Assembly: GCA_024763535.1 (NCBI GenBank)
Contig: JANTFH010000001.1
Coordinates: forward strand, 7,337-71,336
Origin: Thermodesulfobacteriota bacterium
GTDB taxonomy: Bacteria > Desulfobacterota > Anaeroferrophillalia > Anaeroferrophillales > Tharpellaceae
Reading direction: 5' to 3'
DNA: 64,000 bases
The position numbers and the translations under genes are program-made. Of the stretch, positions 20,101 to 28,224 are shown piece by piece. The notes below the pieces were generated by a model. The model saw only the letters and a list, made by a program, of their open reading frames with translations. It was not told where the DNA came from and searched no databases. Position 1 is the first letter of the stretch. The number at the start of each line of letters is the position of its first letter.

Positions 20101-20244
20101 CTGGTCTCCGGCACGGTTGGGGATAAACCAGTCCGGATGGTCGCGGTTGACATAGACGGGGATGGTATTAAACTCAATCCGGCTCCATTGATGCGGGTCG
20201 TAAACTAACTTACAGTTTTCAGACGGGGGGCTGTTTTTCAGCAT
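17152..20244 (-). CDS. Three-module fusion protein: ArsS-like radical SAM domain + ArsM-like (arsenite methyltransferase-type) class I SAM methyltransferase + Cys-rich C-terminal module. Start probably at the second ATG (20244), which has an AAGGA SD; the ORF track's 20295 ATG has none.
   Basis: CX3CX2C radical-SAM motif in ITNDCNQACRHC, followed by a GGEP-like segment (ALTGGEPLV). MTase motifs YGCGSPILDAELQTGESLVDLGSGSGVECF and VIISNCVLNLS with RVLRPGGRLVVADVV, which line up with the ArsM family. C-terminal ~290 aa with CMVCG...CAFC...CENGHFVCDEC and GGFCGFFGACGAALG. Confidence 0.8.
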   Translation of the reverse strand: MLKNSPPSENCKLVYDPHQWSRIEFNTIPVYVNRDHPDWFIPNRAGDQLLSDLAAGGAYPGDLQQQLFLQRLPAYAETKLSGRPETLSTRELKECWLHITNDCNQACRHCLFACSPGEKESLSLAEIISLTDQAANLGCRVFALTGGEPLVHPQFAAIIDHLLADPERHVAVLTNGMLWHNFTKELKSWPKDNLHLQISIDGLEKEHDHLRGAGSFKKLGHEFHLLRQQNMPFTLSMCVTESNVQQMPEIIELASEVGAATVHFMWYFIRGRGSAEAFVLPQKIFTKLQEAAAKGAQLGVGIDNLETMQTQVFAPPGTIHWAGSSGWESIAIGPDHKLYPSPALIGMKGLGAEINSDLGTTWRSDPVFKHLRRANAMAISHPLRFILGGGDPDHSYIHSGEFSGHDPYWPLYEDIALWQITSNLPARPERKLPGLRLKMGDILESCGAHGRETLVHNNCLLSLSRNDSRTVIRKFYGSAALKPNLDILNPVNYPAELLSHIPTASRVRSYGCGSPILDAELQTGESLVDLGSGSGVECFIGARLVGDSGRVTGIDMLDPMLELARQGAISIRKNLGYDNLRFKKGLLEDLPLDDHGADVIISNCVLNLSTNKRRTFAEILRVLRPGGRLVVADVVCEDEPDPAIRSDEILRGECIAGALTQKNLMALLSESGFINPRIIKRYPYRTVAGHPFYSLTFAAWKPGPGKMIKMIYRGPFAAVLTADRQVLTPGTTYTLPDSRLKGCGEEIFLLDGHGFVSNIELGDSCCASPPEAKAKAVDTQDKNDGNVRKSVDCMVCGAPLVYQQTEVEKSCAFCHQSLKTNALCENGHFVCDECHARDALQVIEHLCTTTTETDMIALLRQIRNHPRIPVHGPEHHALVPGIILATYKNIGGGISSETVKNGISRGSQIPGGFCGFFGACGAALGVGIAFGLILKSTPMAASARQKIQTATQMCLADIAELDAARCCQRDSWLALKKAAELSQTMLPTGLKADTELNCKQMGINPTCIASRCPLSPPSSSQTPCFIMEKS

Positions 20245-20366
20245 CGGGAATGTCCTTTTTCGGTGCAACCGATCTTCGCAGGGCGAAATTTGCATAAATA
20301 TGATTGTTATGGTAGAGTATTGCCTGTCTTGTTATGATGTTTTTAGGTTGGATGTCAAGAGGTATT

Positions 20367-21080
20367 ATGAAGCGGGCTTCAAGCGGGAAAATTATTCTCC
20401 TGATCGCGATCATTCTGCTGCTGGTTGTTTTCAGGGCATTTGAGCTCAATCAGTACCTGACTCTTGACTATCTTAAAGCTTCCCGATCTCATTTCATCAG
20501 CCTCTATACTCTTCATCCTTTTGCCGTGATTGCCGTTTATACGGCCGGATATATTCTGGTTACGGCCCTCTCTTTACCCGGCGCCACGGTTTTAACCCTG
20601 GCCGGAGGGGCCCTGTTCGGTCTGGTCAAGGGTACCGTAATCATCTCTTTTGCCAGCACTATCGGAGCAACCCTGGCCTGTCTGGTCTCCCGCTATCTGC
20701 TTCGTGACTGGGTTCAGGACCGTTTTCGCGATACCCTGGCCGCGATTAATCAGGGGATGGCCCGGGAGGGCGGTTTCTACCTTTTCAGCCTGCGTCTGGT
20801 GCCGATTTTTCCCTTTTTCATGATCAATCTGGTGATGGGGCTTTCCCGGATGCGGCTGACCCAATTTTACTGGATATCCCAGCTCGGTATGCTGCCCGGA
20901 ACCCTGGTTTATGTCAATGCCGGCCGGGAACTGGGGAAGCTTGATAGTCTTTCCGGAATTCTTTCACCGGGATTGATCGGCTCTTTTGTGATTTTGGGAA
21001 TTTTCCCTTTCTTGGTTAAAAAACTTGTCGCCTGCTGGCGGCGGAGACGCTCTTTAGTGCCGCCTCCCGAGCACCATTAA
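20367..21080 (+). CDS. DedA/TVP38/TMEM64-family integral membrane protein
   Basis: Multi-pass membrane protein with the conserved DedA core (GxxxV..ALSLPGATVLTLAGGALFG). Start placed at ATG 20367 after an AGAGG SD. Confidence 0.75.
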   Translation: MKRASSGKIILLIAIILLLVVFRAFELNQYLTLDYLKASRSHFISLYTLHPFAVIAVYTAGYILVTALSLPGATVLTLAGGALFGLVKGTVIISFASTIGATLACLVSRYLLRDWVQDRFRDTLAAINQGMAREGGFYLFSLRLVPIFPFFMINLVMGLSRMRLTQFYWISQLGMLPGTLVYVNAGRELGKLDSLSGILSPGLIGSFVILGIFPFLVKKLVACWRRRRSLVPPPEHH

Positions 21081-21113
21081 CTTTAACGCATCTGTAATTT
21101 AAGGAGATTCGTA

Positions 21114-22571
21114 ATGGCAAACTATGATTATGATATGGGTATCATCGGCGGCGGGGCGGCCGGGCTTACGATTGCCTCGGGAGCGGCCCAGCTGGGGGCC
21201 AAAACCCTGTTGATAGAAAAGGAGGACAGGCTTGGCGGTGACTGCCTCCATTATGGCTGTGTTCCCAGTAAAACCCTGATTAAGAGTGCCCGGGTCTATC
21301 AGCAGATGAAAAATGCTCATGTTTTCGGCCTGCCGGACATAACTCCCGGCCCGGTTGACTTTAGCCGGGTGCGAGAAAGGATAGAGTCGGTTATCTCCGG
21401 GATCCAGAAACACGATTCCGAGGATCGTTTCTGCCGGTTGGGTGTCAAGGTTGAGTTCGGCCAGCCGGAATTTGTGGATGAATATCAGGTGCGTTTACCG
21501 GGTCAGACGGTGTCGGCGGCAAAATGGGTGATTGCCAGCGGCTCTTCTCCGGCGCCGCCGCCTTATGCCGGGCTGGAGAAAATCAACTATCTTACCAATA
21601 AGGAGTTGTTTTCACTTGAAAGCCTGCCGTCCTCCATGATTATTCTGGGAGCCGGCCCCATCGCCATGGAGATGGCCCAGGCCTTCAACAGCCTGGGCAC
21701 CCGGGTTGAGGTTATTCAGAGAAGCGGTCAGATTCTCAGCAAGGAAGATCAGGATATGGCCGATATGGTTATGCATAACCTGCAGCAGGAGGGGGTGATA
21801 ATACACCTGCACGCCTCGGTCATGGCAATTGAAGATGCCGGTAACCGTCGACCGCGGATAACGATCAGCACAAAAGGGGATGAAACACCGGTGCAGCTGG
21901 AAGCCGAGACTCTGCTGGTGGCTATGGGCCGTCGGGCCAATCTGGAAGGTTTGGGTCTGGAAAATATCGGGGTCGATTTCAGCCCTAAAGGTCTCACGGT
22001 TGATAAACGGCTGCGGACTCGGCATAAACATATTTACGCCGCCGGTGATGTCACCGGTACCTACCAGTTTACCCATGCGGCCGGATATGAAGGCGGGATT
22101 GTTTTAAGCAATGCGATTTTTCATCTGCCGAGAAAGGTTGATTACAGCACCATGCCCTGGTGTACCTATACTCACCCCGAGCTGGCCAGTATCGGTATGA
22201 ATGTCAAGGCAGCCCGGGCTGCCGGAATAGAGTATTCCGAGTGGAGCGAAAATTTTCAAAATAATGACCGGAGTCTGGCAGAAGGCAACCAGAGCGGCCT
22301 GATCAAGATGCTGCTTGATGCCGGCGGTAAGCCTTTGGGGGTGCAGATTGCCGGCCCCCAGGCGGGCGAATTGCTCAATGAGTGGGTGGCGGTAATGAAC
22401 GGCGGGGTGAAATTGACGAGCCTGGCGTCGGCGATTCATCCCTATCCGACGCTGGGAGAGATCAACAAGCGCGTGGCGGGAAAACCACTGGCGCAAAAAC
22501 TGTTCTCGCCGAAAATGAAAAAAGGGTTGAAATTTTTCTTCGGGTTTAAGGGCCGGGCCTGCGATGTTTAG
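21114..22571 (+). CDS. Class I pyridine nucleotide-disulfide oxidoreductase (dihydrolipoamide-dehydrogenase / mercuric-reductase-like FAD flavoprotein)
   Basis: FAD GxGxxG (GIIGGGAAG), redox-active disulfide GGDCLHYGCVPSK, NAD(P) GxGxxA motif (IILGAGPIAMEMA), C-terminal dimerisation HPYPTLGE. Confidence 0.85.
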   Translation: MANYDYDMGIIGGGAAGLTIASGAAQLGAKTLLIEKEDRLGGDCLHYGCVPSKTLIKSARVYQQMKNAHVFGLPDITPGPVDFSRVRERIESVISGIQKHDSEDRFCRLGVKVEFGQPEFVDEYQVRLPGQTVSAAKWVIASGSSPAPPPYAGLEKINYLTNKELFSLESLPSSMIILGAGPIAMEMAQAFNSLGTRVEVIQRSGQILSKEDQDMADMVMHNLQQEGVIIHLHASVMAIEDAGNRRPRITISTKGDETPVQLEAETLLVAMGRRANLEGLGLENIGVDFSPKGLTVDKRLRTRHKHIYAAGDVTGTYQFTHAAGYEGGIVLSNAIFHLPRKVDYSTMPWCTYTHPELASIGMNVKAARAAGIEYSEWSENFQNNDRSLAEGNQSGLIKMLLDAGGKPLGVQIAGPQAGELLNEWVAVMNGGVKLTSLASAIHPYPTLGEINKRVAGKPLAQKLFSPKMKKGLKFFFGFKGRACDV

Positions 22572-23283
22572 AAAACTATGTCTTGTTATTGTCCTGCTTA
22601 TTCTCATCTCGGCTTATGCCGCCGCCTCCGGTAGCGGCCGTAATTTTTTTCTGAATGAGCAGTTTGCATCGTTGGCTGACTGGAAGCCCTTCTATTTTCC
22701 TGAAATTAAAGAGCACAGCCGCTATGCTGTCATCCGGGAAAATGGTGCAAGCTGGTTGCAGACTTCAAGCTTAGCTTCGGCCTCCGCCATCGTTTATCAG
22801 CAAAGTTTTGATGTCTACCGCTTTTCGCACCTTAAATGGCGCTGGCGGGTTGACAATATCTATAAAAAGGGTAATGCTGAGAAAAAGTCCGGAGATGATT
22901 ATCCGATCAGGATTTATGTTATGTTTGAGTATAATCCTCAGTCGGCCGGTTTTTTCGAGAAGATAAAATACAACACCGCCCGGCTCTTATACGGCTCCTA
23001 TCCGCCCCACTCCTCGCTGAACTATATCTGGGCCAATCGTAAACAGCCGCAAAGAATAATGGACAATCCCTATACTGACCGAACCCGGATGATCATTATG
23101 GAAGCGGGGCGTAAAAATCTTGGAAAATGGCGGGAATATGAGGTTGATATCCTCAATGATTACCGTCAGGCTTTCGGTGAAGAACCGCCCGCCCGGGCCC
23201 GGATTGCGATCATGAACGATTCGGATAATACCGGCGAGGCCGGCAAATCCCAGGTTGATTATATTCAGGTTTATGGAGAATAG
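22564..23283 (+). CDS. Secreted DUF3047-like protein
   Basis: Signal peptide MFRKLCLVIVLLILISAYAAASG. ~230-aa domain containing WRWRVDNIYKKGNAEKKSGDDYPIRIYVMF. It partners with the two transferases downstream, the arrangement I know for DUF3047. Confidence 0.55.
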   Translation: MFRKLCLVIVLLILISAYAAASGSGRNFFLNEQFASLADWKPFYFPEIKEHSRYAVIRENGASWLQTSSLASASAIVYQQSFDVYRFSHLKWRWRVDNIYKKGNAEKKSGDDYPIRIYVMFEYNPQSAGFFEKIKYNTARLLYGSYPPHSSLNYIWANRKQPQRIMDNPYTDRTRMIIMEAGRKNLGKWREYEVDILNDYRQAFGEEPPARARIAIMNDSDNTGEAGKSQVDYIQVYGE

Positions 23284-23287
23284 AACG

Positions 23288-23932
23288 ATGCCCGTCGCCC
23301 GGGCCCTTATCATTATGACCCGCTACCCGGAGCCCGGCCGGGTCAAGACCCGTCTGATTCCGGCCCTGGGTGCAAACGGTGCCGCCCGTCTGCATCGGCA
23401 GATGGTTGAATATACGCTGGCAACCGTTAAGAATTTAAGCTCCGTTACCGCTGCCGGGATCTTTATCTTTTTTCAGGGCGGCAGCAGAGAGCTGATGGCT
23501 GAATGGCTGGGAGACGGGGTCGAATATCTGCCCCAGGTTGAGGGTGATCTTGGGGATAAAATGAGGGCGGCCCTGCAAACGGTTTTTAACCGGGGCTTTG
23601 AAGAGGTGATTATGATCGGCAGCGACTGTCCGGCAATCGATGCTGAAATTTTAGCGCAGGCTTTTTCCGGATTATCCCGGGCCGGGATGGTTATCGGCCC
23701 GGCCGCCGACGGCGGTTATTATCTGCTGGGCTTAAAACAGGTTTACGAGCCGCTCTTTGAAAAGATCGACTGGGGTAGCGGGGTCGTGCTGAGACAGACC
23801 CTTTCTGCCGCCCGCAAAGTTGGTCTCAGGGTGCAGAGCCTTTCCGAACTGAGAGATATTGACCGGCCTGAAGATCTTAAGCAGCTGCAAGCTCTGGCCG
23901 CTTTCTCCTCCTGGAGTGATATTTCGGCATGA
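23288..23932 (+). CDS. DUF2064 / TIGR04282-like nucleotide-diphospho-sugar transferase (the 'rSAM/selenodomain-associated transferase 1' type)
   Basis: N-terminus MPVARALIIMTRYPEPGRVKTRLIPALGANGAARLHRQM matches the DUF2064 signature (PxPGxVKTRL). Start placed at ATG 23288 with a GGAGA SD. Confidence 0.7.
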   Translation: MPVARALIIMTRYPEPGRVKTRLIPALGANGAARLHRQMVEYTLATVKNLSSVTAAGIFIFFQGGSRELMAEWLGDGVEYLPQVEGDLGDKMRAALQTVFNRGFEEVIMIGSDCPAIDAEILAQAFSGLSRAGMVIGPAADGGYYLLGLKQVYEPLFEKIDWGSGVVLRQTLSAARKVGLRVQSLSELRDIDRPEDLKQLQALAAFSSWSDISA

Positions 23933-24639
23933 GGCGTAGATCGCAAGAGCTTATCTCAATTATTATTCCGACCCTTAATGAAGAGTCATCCCTTCCGGCC
24001 GCTGTCAGTCGGGCGCGGTCGGGCGCAGAGATTGAAATAGTTGTGGCCGACGGCGGCAGTTCAGACCGGACCTTAGAACTGGCTGAGGAGCTGCGGGTAA
24101 AGGTTGTCTCCTCAAAGCCCGGTCGCGCGGTGCAGATGAATGCCGGGGCCCGGGAATCACGGGGTGATATCCTGCTCTTTCTGCATGCGGACACCCTGCT
24201 GCCGAGGGGTTACGATAAATGTGTCCGCCGGATATCCGGGGATCGGTCGGTTGCGATTGGCGCCTTTCGGCTGGGTATTAGGGACCCGGGAATAGCTTTA
24301 CGGATTATCGAGCTCGGGGCTAATCTCAGGTCAAAATACGGCCATCTTCCTTATGGTGATCAGGCGCTGTTTATGAGCCGGCGGCGGTTTGATGAATTAG
24401 GCGGATTTCCTGAAATCTCACTGATGGAAGATTTTGCTCTGGTTCAGCAGCTGAAGCGGCGGGGCCGGGTTGTTCTGGCTCCCCTTGCCGTATACACCTC
24501 GGCCCGGCGGTGGCGTGATCTGGGAATCTTAAGAACTACCGTCTTGAATCAACTGATTGTCGGAGCCTATATGATGGGGGTATCGCCCGTCCGGCTTGCG
24601 GCCTGGTACCGGCGGAGGAAAAACCGAGATGCAGAATGA
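23929..24639 (+). CDS. Family 2 glycosyltransferase (TIGR04283-like, the 'rSAM/selenodomain-associated transferase 2' type)
   Basis: ISIIIPTLNEESSLP...IEIVVADGGSSDRT GT-A fold N-terminus with a DxD-type motif. ATGA overlap with the upstream gene. Confidence 0.75.
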   Translation: MRRRSQELISIIIPTLNEESSLPAAVSRARSGAEIEIVVADGGSSDRTLELAEELRVKVVSSKPGRAVQMNAGARESRGDILLFLHADTLLPRGYDKCVRRISGDRSVAIGAFRLGIRDPGIALRIIELGANLRSKYGHLPYGDQALFMSRRRFDELGGFPEISLMEDFALVQQLKRRGRVVLAPLAVYTSARRWRDLGILRTTVLNQLIVGAYMMGVSPVRLAAWYRRRKNRDAE

Positions 24640-25468
24640 AGCAAAAATACGCCTGATCTCTTTTGTCGTGATATTCCTGGCGGTGGCTCTGGCGGAAATT
24701 ATCTTTCCCCGGCGCCGGTTGACGGATGCCAAAGGCCGGCGCTGGCGGCATAATCTGGGATTGATTTTTCTCGACAATTTGGTGGTCTGGCTGCTGCTCT
24801 CCGGTGCGACGATTGCCGTAGCGGTGGCGGCTGAACGGGCTCAGTGGGGACTGTTTAACCTTTATCATGTGCCTGAATTTCCGGCGATAATTCTCGGTGT
24901 TCTGGCTCTGGACTTAATTATCTACCTGCAGCATCTGATGTTTCATGCGGTGCCGCGATTATGGCGTCTGCATATGGTTCATCACACGGATTTGGATATT
25001 GACGTCTCCACCGGGCTGCGCTTTCATCCGCTGGAAATAATAATTTCCGTCTGGATCAAGCTGGCTGCAATTGTGGCTTTGGGAGTGCCGGCTGCCGGAG
25101 TGCTGCTTTTTGAGGTAGTGCTCAACGGCACCGCGCTGTTTAATCACGGAAATCTTCGGCTGCCTGAAGATAGCGATCGTTTTCTCAGGAAATTTCTCGT
25201 AACCCCGGATATGCACCGGGTGCATCATTCGGTGATTATCCGGGAGACCAACTCCAATTTCGGTTTTAATCTGTCCTGGTGGGATCGACTGTTCGGTACC
25301 TACCGGCCGCAGCCGGCCGCCGGTCATGAAGGGATGAGTATCGGCCTTGCGCCCTATCGGGAGGCCCGGGAGTTAACTTTTCTAACGCTTTTGCGGCTGC
25401 CCTTTTCCGGGGATCCCGGGAGATACTCCCTGGATCATAGCGGTCGCGAACCGTCGCTTAAGAAATGA
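24629..25468 (+). CDS. Fatty acid hydroxylase / sterol desaturase superfamily integral membrane protein
   Basis: His-box motifs HMVHHTDLDIDVSTGLRFHPLE, HRVHH and NFGFNLSWWDRLFGT are typical of the FA_hydroxylase family. Start placed at ATG 24629 (MQNEAKIRL). Confidence 0.8.
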   Translation: MQNEAKIRLISFVVIFLAVALAEIIFPRRRLTDAKGRRWRHNLGLIFLDNLVVWLLLSGATIAVAVAAERAQWGLFNLYHVPEFPAIILGVLALDLIIYLQHLMFHAVPRLWRLHMVHHTDLDIDVSTGLRFHPLEIIISVWIKLAAIVALGVPAAGVLLFEVVLNGTALFNHGNLRLPEDSDRFLRKFLVTPDMHRVHHSVIIRETNSNFGFNLSWWDRLFGTYRPQPAAGHEGMSIGLAPYREARELTFLTLLRLPFSGDPGRYSLDHSGREPSLKK

Positions 25469-25524
25469 TGGCAGTGAGGCTTAAGTCTATTTTTGTTTTT
25501 GCTGTGTCAGCCGTAAAATAGTTA

Positions 25525-27309
25525 CTACGCTTTATCCTTTTTACGTTTGCTCTTGCTACGGATCGGATGGGGTCTGGAGGGTCGGTTCGGGCGTTTTGAG
25601 CGGTCCGGGCGGGGCGTCATTTTTTCTTTGCTGTCAGCAATTTTGGCTCGGACTTTACGGCCGTTGATCATCAGGCTGGAGAAGGTGTTGATAATCTCTT
25701 TGGCGTAGCGGGTATCGGCCTCAATCAGGCTGCAGTTGGTTTGGATTTCGATGCGGCCGACATGGATGCGCGGGCCGCCGACACTGGCGTCGTTAATCTC
25801 GCCGATCAGCCGGCCCGGGTTGATGCCGTCCCGTTTGCCGACATTGACGTGGAAGCGGGTGAAGCGTTCCCGGTCACTGCCGCGGTCATTGGTATCACGG
25901 TTTTTATAGGTTTTGGATCTGCCGTCCCGCCGTTCGTAATCCCGGCTGCTGCCGGATTCCCGCCGGCCTTTGCCTACGGAGTCATTCTCATTCAGATCCG
26001 GGGCGTTGCGATAATAGCTTAAGAGTTGAGCAAATTCGGAGATGACAAAACGTTTGACCAGTTCTTCCCGTTCCAGCGGAGCGAGACTCTCCATAATCGC
26101 CGGCAGAAACGGTTCAATCTGGCGGCTGTCGATGGCGGTCATTTTCAGTTCATCCAGATAGTGCAGCATCCGTTGCCGGCAAATCTCCTGGCCGGTCGGG
26201 ATGCGGCCCGGTTCAAATTTCCTCTTGAGCCGTCTCTCAATCTGTTTAATCTTGTATTTTTCGCGCAGGTGGGCAATTGCAATCGAGATGCCCTCCTTGC
26301 CGGCCCGGCCGGTGCGGCCGCTGCGATGGGTGTAGGCGGCGACATCATCGGGCAGGTTGTAATTTATGACATGAGTTAAGTTTTTAACGTCAAGGCCGCG
26401 GGCGGCAACGTCGGTGGCCACCAGCAGTTTAATATTACGGCGCCGGAATTTCTGCATGACATGATCACGCTGAGCCTGAGCCAGTTCGCCATGCAGAGCA
26501 TCGGCATTGTAGCCGTCGTCAATCAGTTTGGCGGCGATATCGCGGGTCTCCTGGCGGGTACGGCAGAAGATAATGGCATAGATATCGGGGTTGCTGTCGG
26601 CAATGCGTTTCAGGGTCGGGTAGCGGTTTTTGGCGGCCACCATATAGTAAGTATGGCGGACATTTTCAATGCCCTGGTTGCGTTCGCCGATGGTAACTTC
26701 AATCGGATCCTTCATGTAGCTGTTGGCGATGGCGGTAACTTCCCGGGGCATCGTGGCCGAGAAAAGGACGGTTTTTTTACTCTCCGGGGTCGCTGCCAGA
26801 ATCTCGTTGAGATCGTCCTGAAAACCCATCTGCAGCATTTCGTCAGCTTCATCAAGAATGACGGCCCGGATGTTTTTGATATTAACATCGCCCTGCTGGA
26901 TAAAAGCTAAAAGCCTCCCCGGAGTGGCAACAATTATCTGGGCTCCGGCTTTAAGCTGCCGGCTTTGGCCGATGATACTGGCACCGCCGTAGACGGCGAC
27001 AATTCTGATTTTAGGGAGAAATCGGGAGAAGGCGGCAAGATCCTTGTGGACCTGGACGCAGAGTTCCCGGGTCGGACAGAGGATTAAGGCTTGAGTCTGC
27101 ATGTTGCTTTGATCCAGCATCTGGATCAGAGGCAGTCCGAAGGCCGCGGTTTTGCCGGTGCCGGTCTGGGAGAGTGCTACCAGATCGTCTTCAAGTTTGT
27201 TCAGGCGCGGGATTACCTCAGCCTGGACCGGAGTCGGGGTTTTGAAGCCGAGTTTGTTGATGCCTTCGAGAAGTTCTGAACTTAAGCCTAAATCGGCAAA
27301 CGTGGTCAT
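25525..27309 (-). CDS. deaD: Cold-shock DEAD-box RNA helicase DeaD/CsdA-like, with a DbpA-type RNA-binding domain and a basic C-terminal tail
   Basis: 594 aa: FADLGL...TPTPVQ, SQTGTGKT, LDEADEMLQMGF, SAT, HRSGRTGRAG, then a C-terminal DbpA-like domain and a KRPNRPSRPHPIRSKSKRKK tail. Confidence 0.9.
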   Translation of the reverse strand: MTTFADLGLSSELLEGINKLGFKTPTPVQAEVIPRLNKLEDDLVALSQTGTGKTAAFGLPLIQMLDQSNMQTQALILCPTRELCVQVHKDLAAFSRFLPKIRIVAVYGGASIIGQSRQLKAGAQIIVATPGRLLAFIQQGDVNIKNIRAVILDEADEMLQMGFQDDLNEILAATPESKKTVLFSATMPREVTAIANSYMKDPIEVTIGERNQGIENVRHTYYMVAAKNRYPTLKRIADSNPDIYAIIFCRTRQETRDIAAKLIDDGYNADALHGELAQAQRDHVMQKFRRRNIKLLVATDVAARGLDVKNLTHVINYNLPDDVAAYTHRSGRTGRAGKEGISIAIAHLREKYKIKQIERRLKRKFEPGRIPTGQEICRQRMLHYLDELKMTAIDSRQIEPFLPAIMESLAPLEREELVKRFVISEFAQLLSYYRNAPDLNENDSVGKGRRESGSSRDYERRDGRSKTYKNRDTNDRGSDRERFTRFHVNVGKRDGINPGRLIGEINDASVGGPRIHVGRIEIQTNCSLIEADTRYAKEIINTFSSLMINGRKVRAKIADSKEKMTPRPDRSKRPNRPSRPHPIRSKSKRKKDKA

Positions 27310-27453
27310 GATGCGGTTACTCCAGAGTCAGATTGAATTACTTGAATCCGGTATAATATCACATAATGGATAATTTTAGTAGGGAAATCTTGGATTTTGC
27401 CGGCAGGTTGCGGCCCCGGACCGGAGTTGAACCGGCTTAGGAGGGCGGGTTTA

Positions 27454-27897
27454 TTACGGCGCCTGATAGGGTACCAGTTTTATGCCGATTTTCGGCAGGT
27501 ATTGAACTCCGCCTTTAAGGTCGATGACCTTATAACCCTTCTGTGCCAGGAGTTGTGCCACCACCCGGGTACGGGCGCCGCTGCGGCAAATAATGGCGAA
27601 CTCCTCATTGCGATCAACCACCCGGTCAAGCTGCTGCAGGAATTTTTTTTCATCGTAGTTGCCGTTTTCGTCAAAGAAGGTGATTGTCTTGGCGCCGGCG
27701 ACAATTCCGGTCTGGCGCCACTCGGCTTCAGTTCTAATGTCGATGATGGTTATATCCTTCGAGAAAAATTCTGCCTCCGGGTAAGGCCCTCCGCCGGTTT
27801 CAGCACAAGCGGCTACAGAAATTACCAGGATTATTAAGAGGAAATTCAGGGTCAGGGGCAGGCTAATTTTTTTGTATTCGGAGGTGGTGCCGGGCAT
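27454..27897 (-). CDS. Single-domain rhodanese (sulfurtransferase) with an N-terminal signal/lipoprotein-like sequence
   Basis: 147 aa. Hydrophobic N-terminus with Cys (ISVAACAETGG). Rhodanese active-site loop CRSGARTR. Confidence 0.8.
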   Translation of the reverse strand: MPGTTSEYKKISLPLTLNFLLIILVISVAACAETGGGPYPEAEFFSKDITIIDIRTEAEWRQTGIVAGAKTITFFDENGNYDEKKFLQQLDRVVDRNEEFAIICRSGARTRVVAQLLAQKGYKVIDLKGGVQYLPKIGIKLVPYQAP

Positions 27898-28135
27898 GAT
27901 TTTTTCCTCATTGTCAGCTGGTTTTAACTTTTGGATGCGGGATCGTAAACCTTGAATTTATTCCCGGCCGCGGCTGAAACTGCGCTTGGTTCAGGGGTAC
28001 GTGTATTTGCGTAACCTTGGTTTGCTAGCACTTTGTTTTTTGTTTTGTCAAGGAAATTGGGTCGGAGCCGGTTTCGGTTTATACCGGCTCAACCACGCTG
28101 TTGCGCAGCAGATTTCCGATTTACTGATAAAACTC

Positions 28136-28163
28136 TTGACATAAGTATACAGTATATAATAGA
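28136..28163 (+). promoter_or_regulatory. Candidate sigma70-type promoter for nfnAB
   Basis: TTGACA at 28136-28141 followed by an AT-rich TATATAAT/TAATAG region 13-16 nt downstream. It lies ~60 nt upstream of the GTG start. Confidence 0.4.
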
Positions 28164-28224
28164 AGACTGACTCTTGTGTTTTTTTTATCAAGCGGAAGCT
28201 ATTTTAACTTTGAAGGAGCAGGTT

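Noticed and set aside
27397-27837. 146-aa + strand ORF overlapping the rhodanese gene
   Set aside because: It lies opposite a rhodanese ORF with a signal peptide and CRSGARTR active site. No features of its own.
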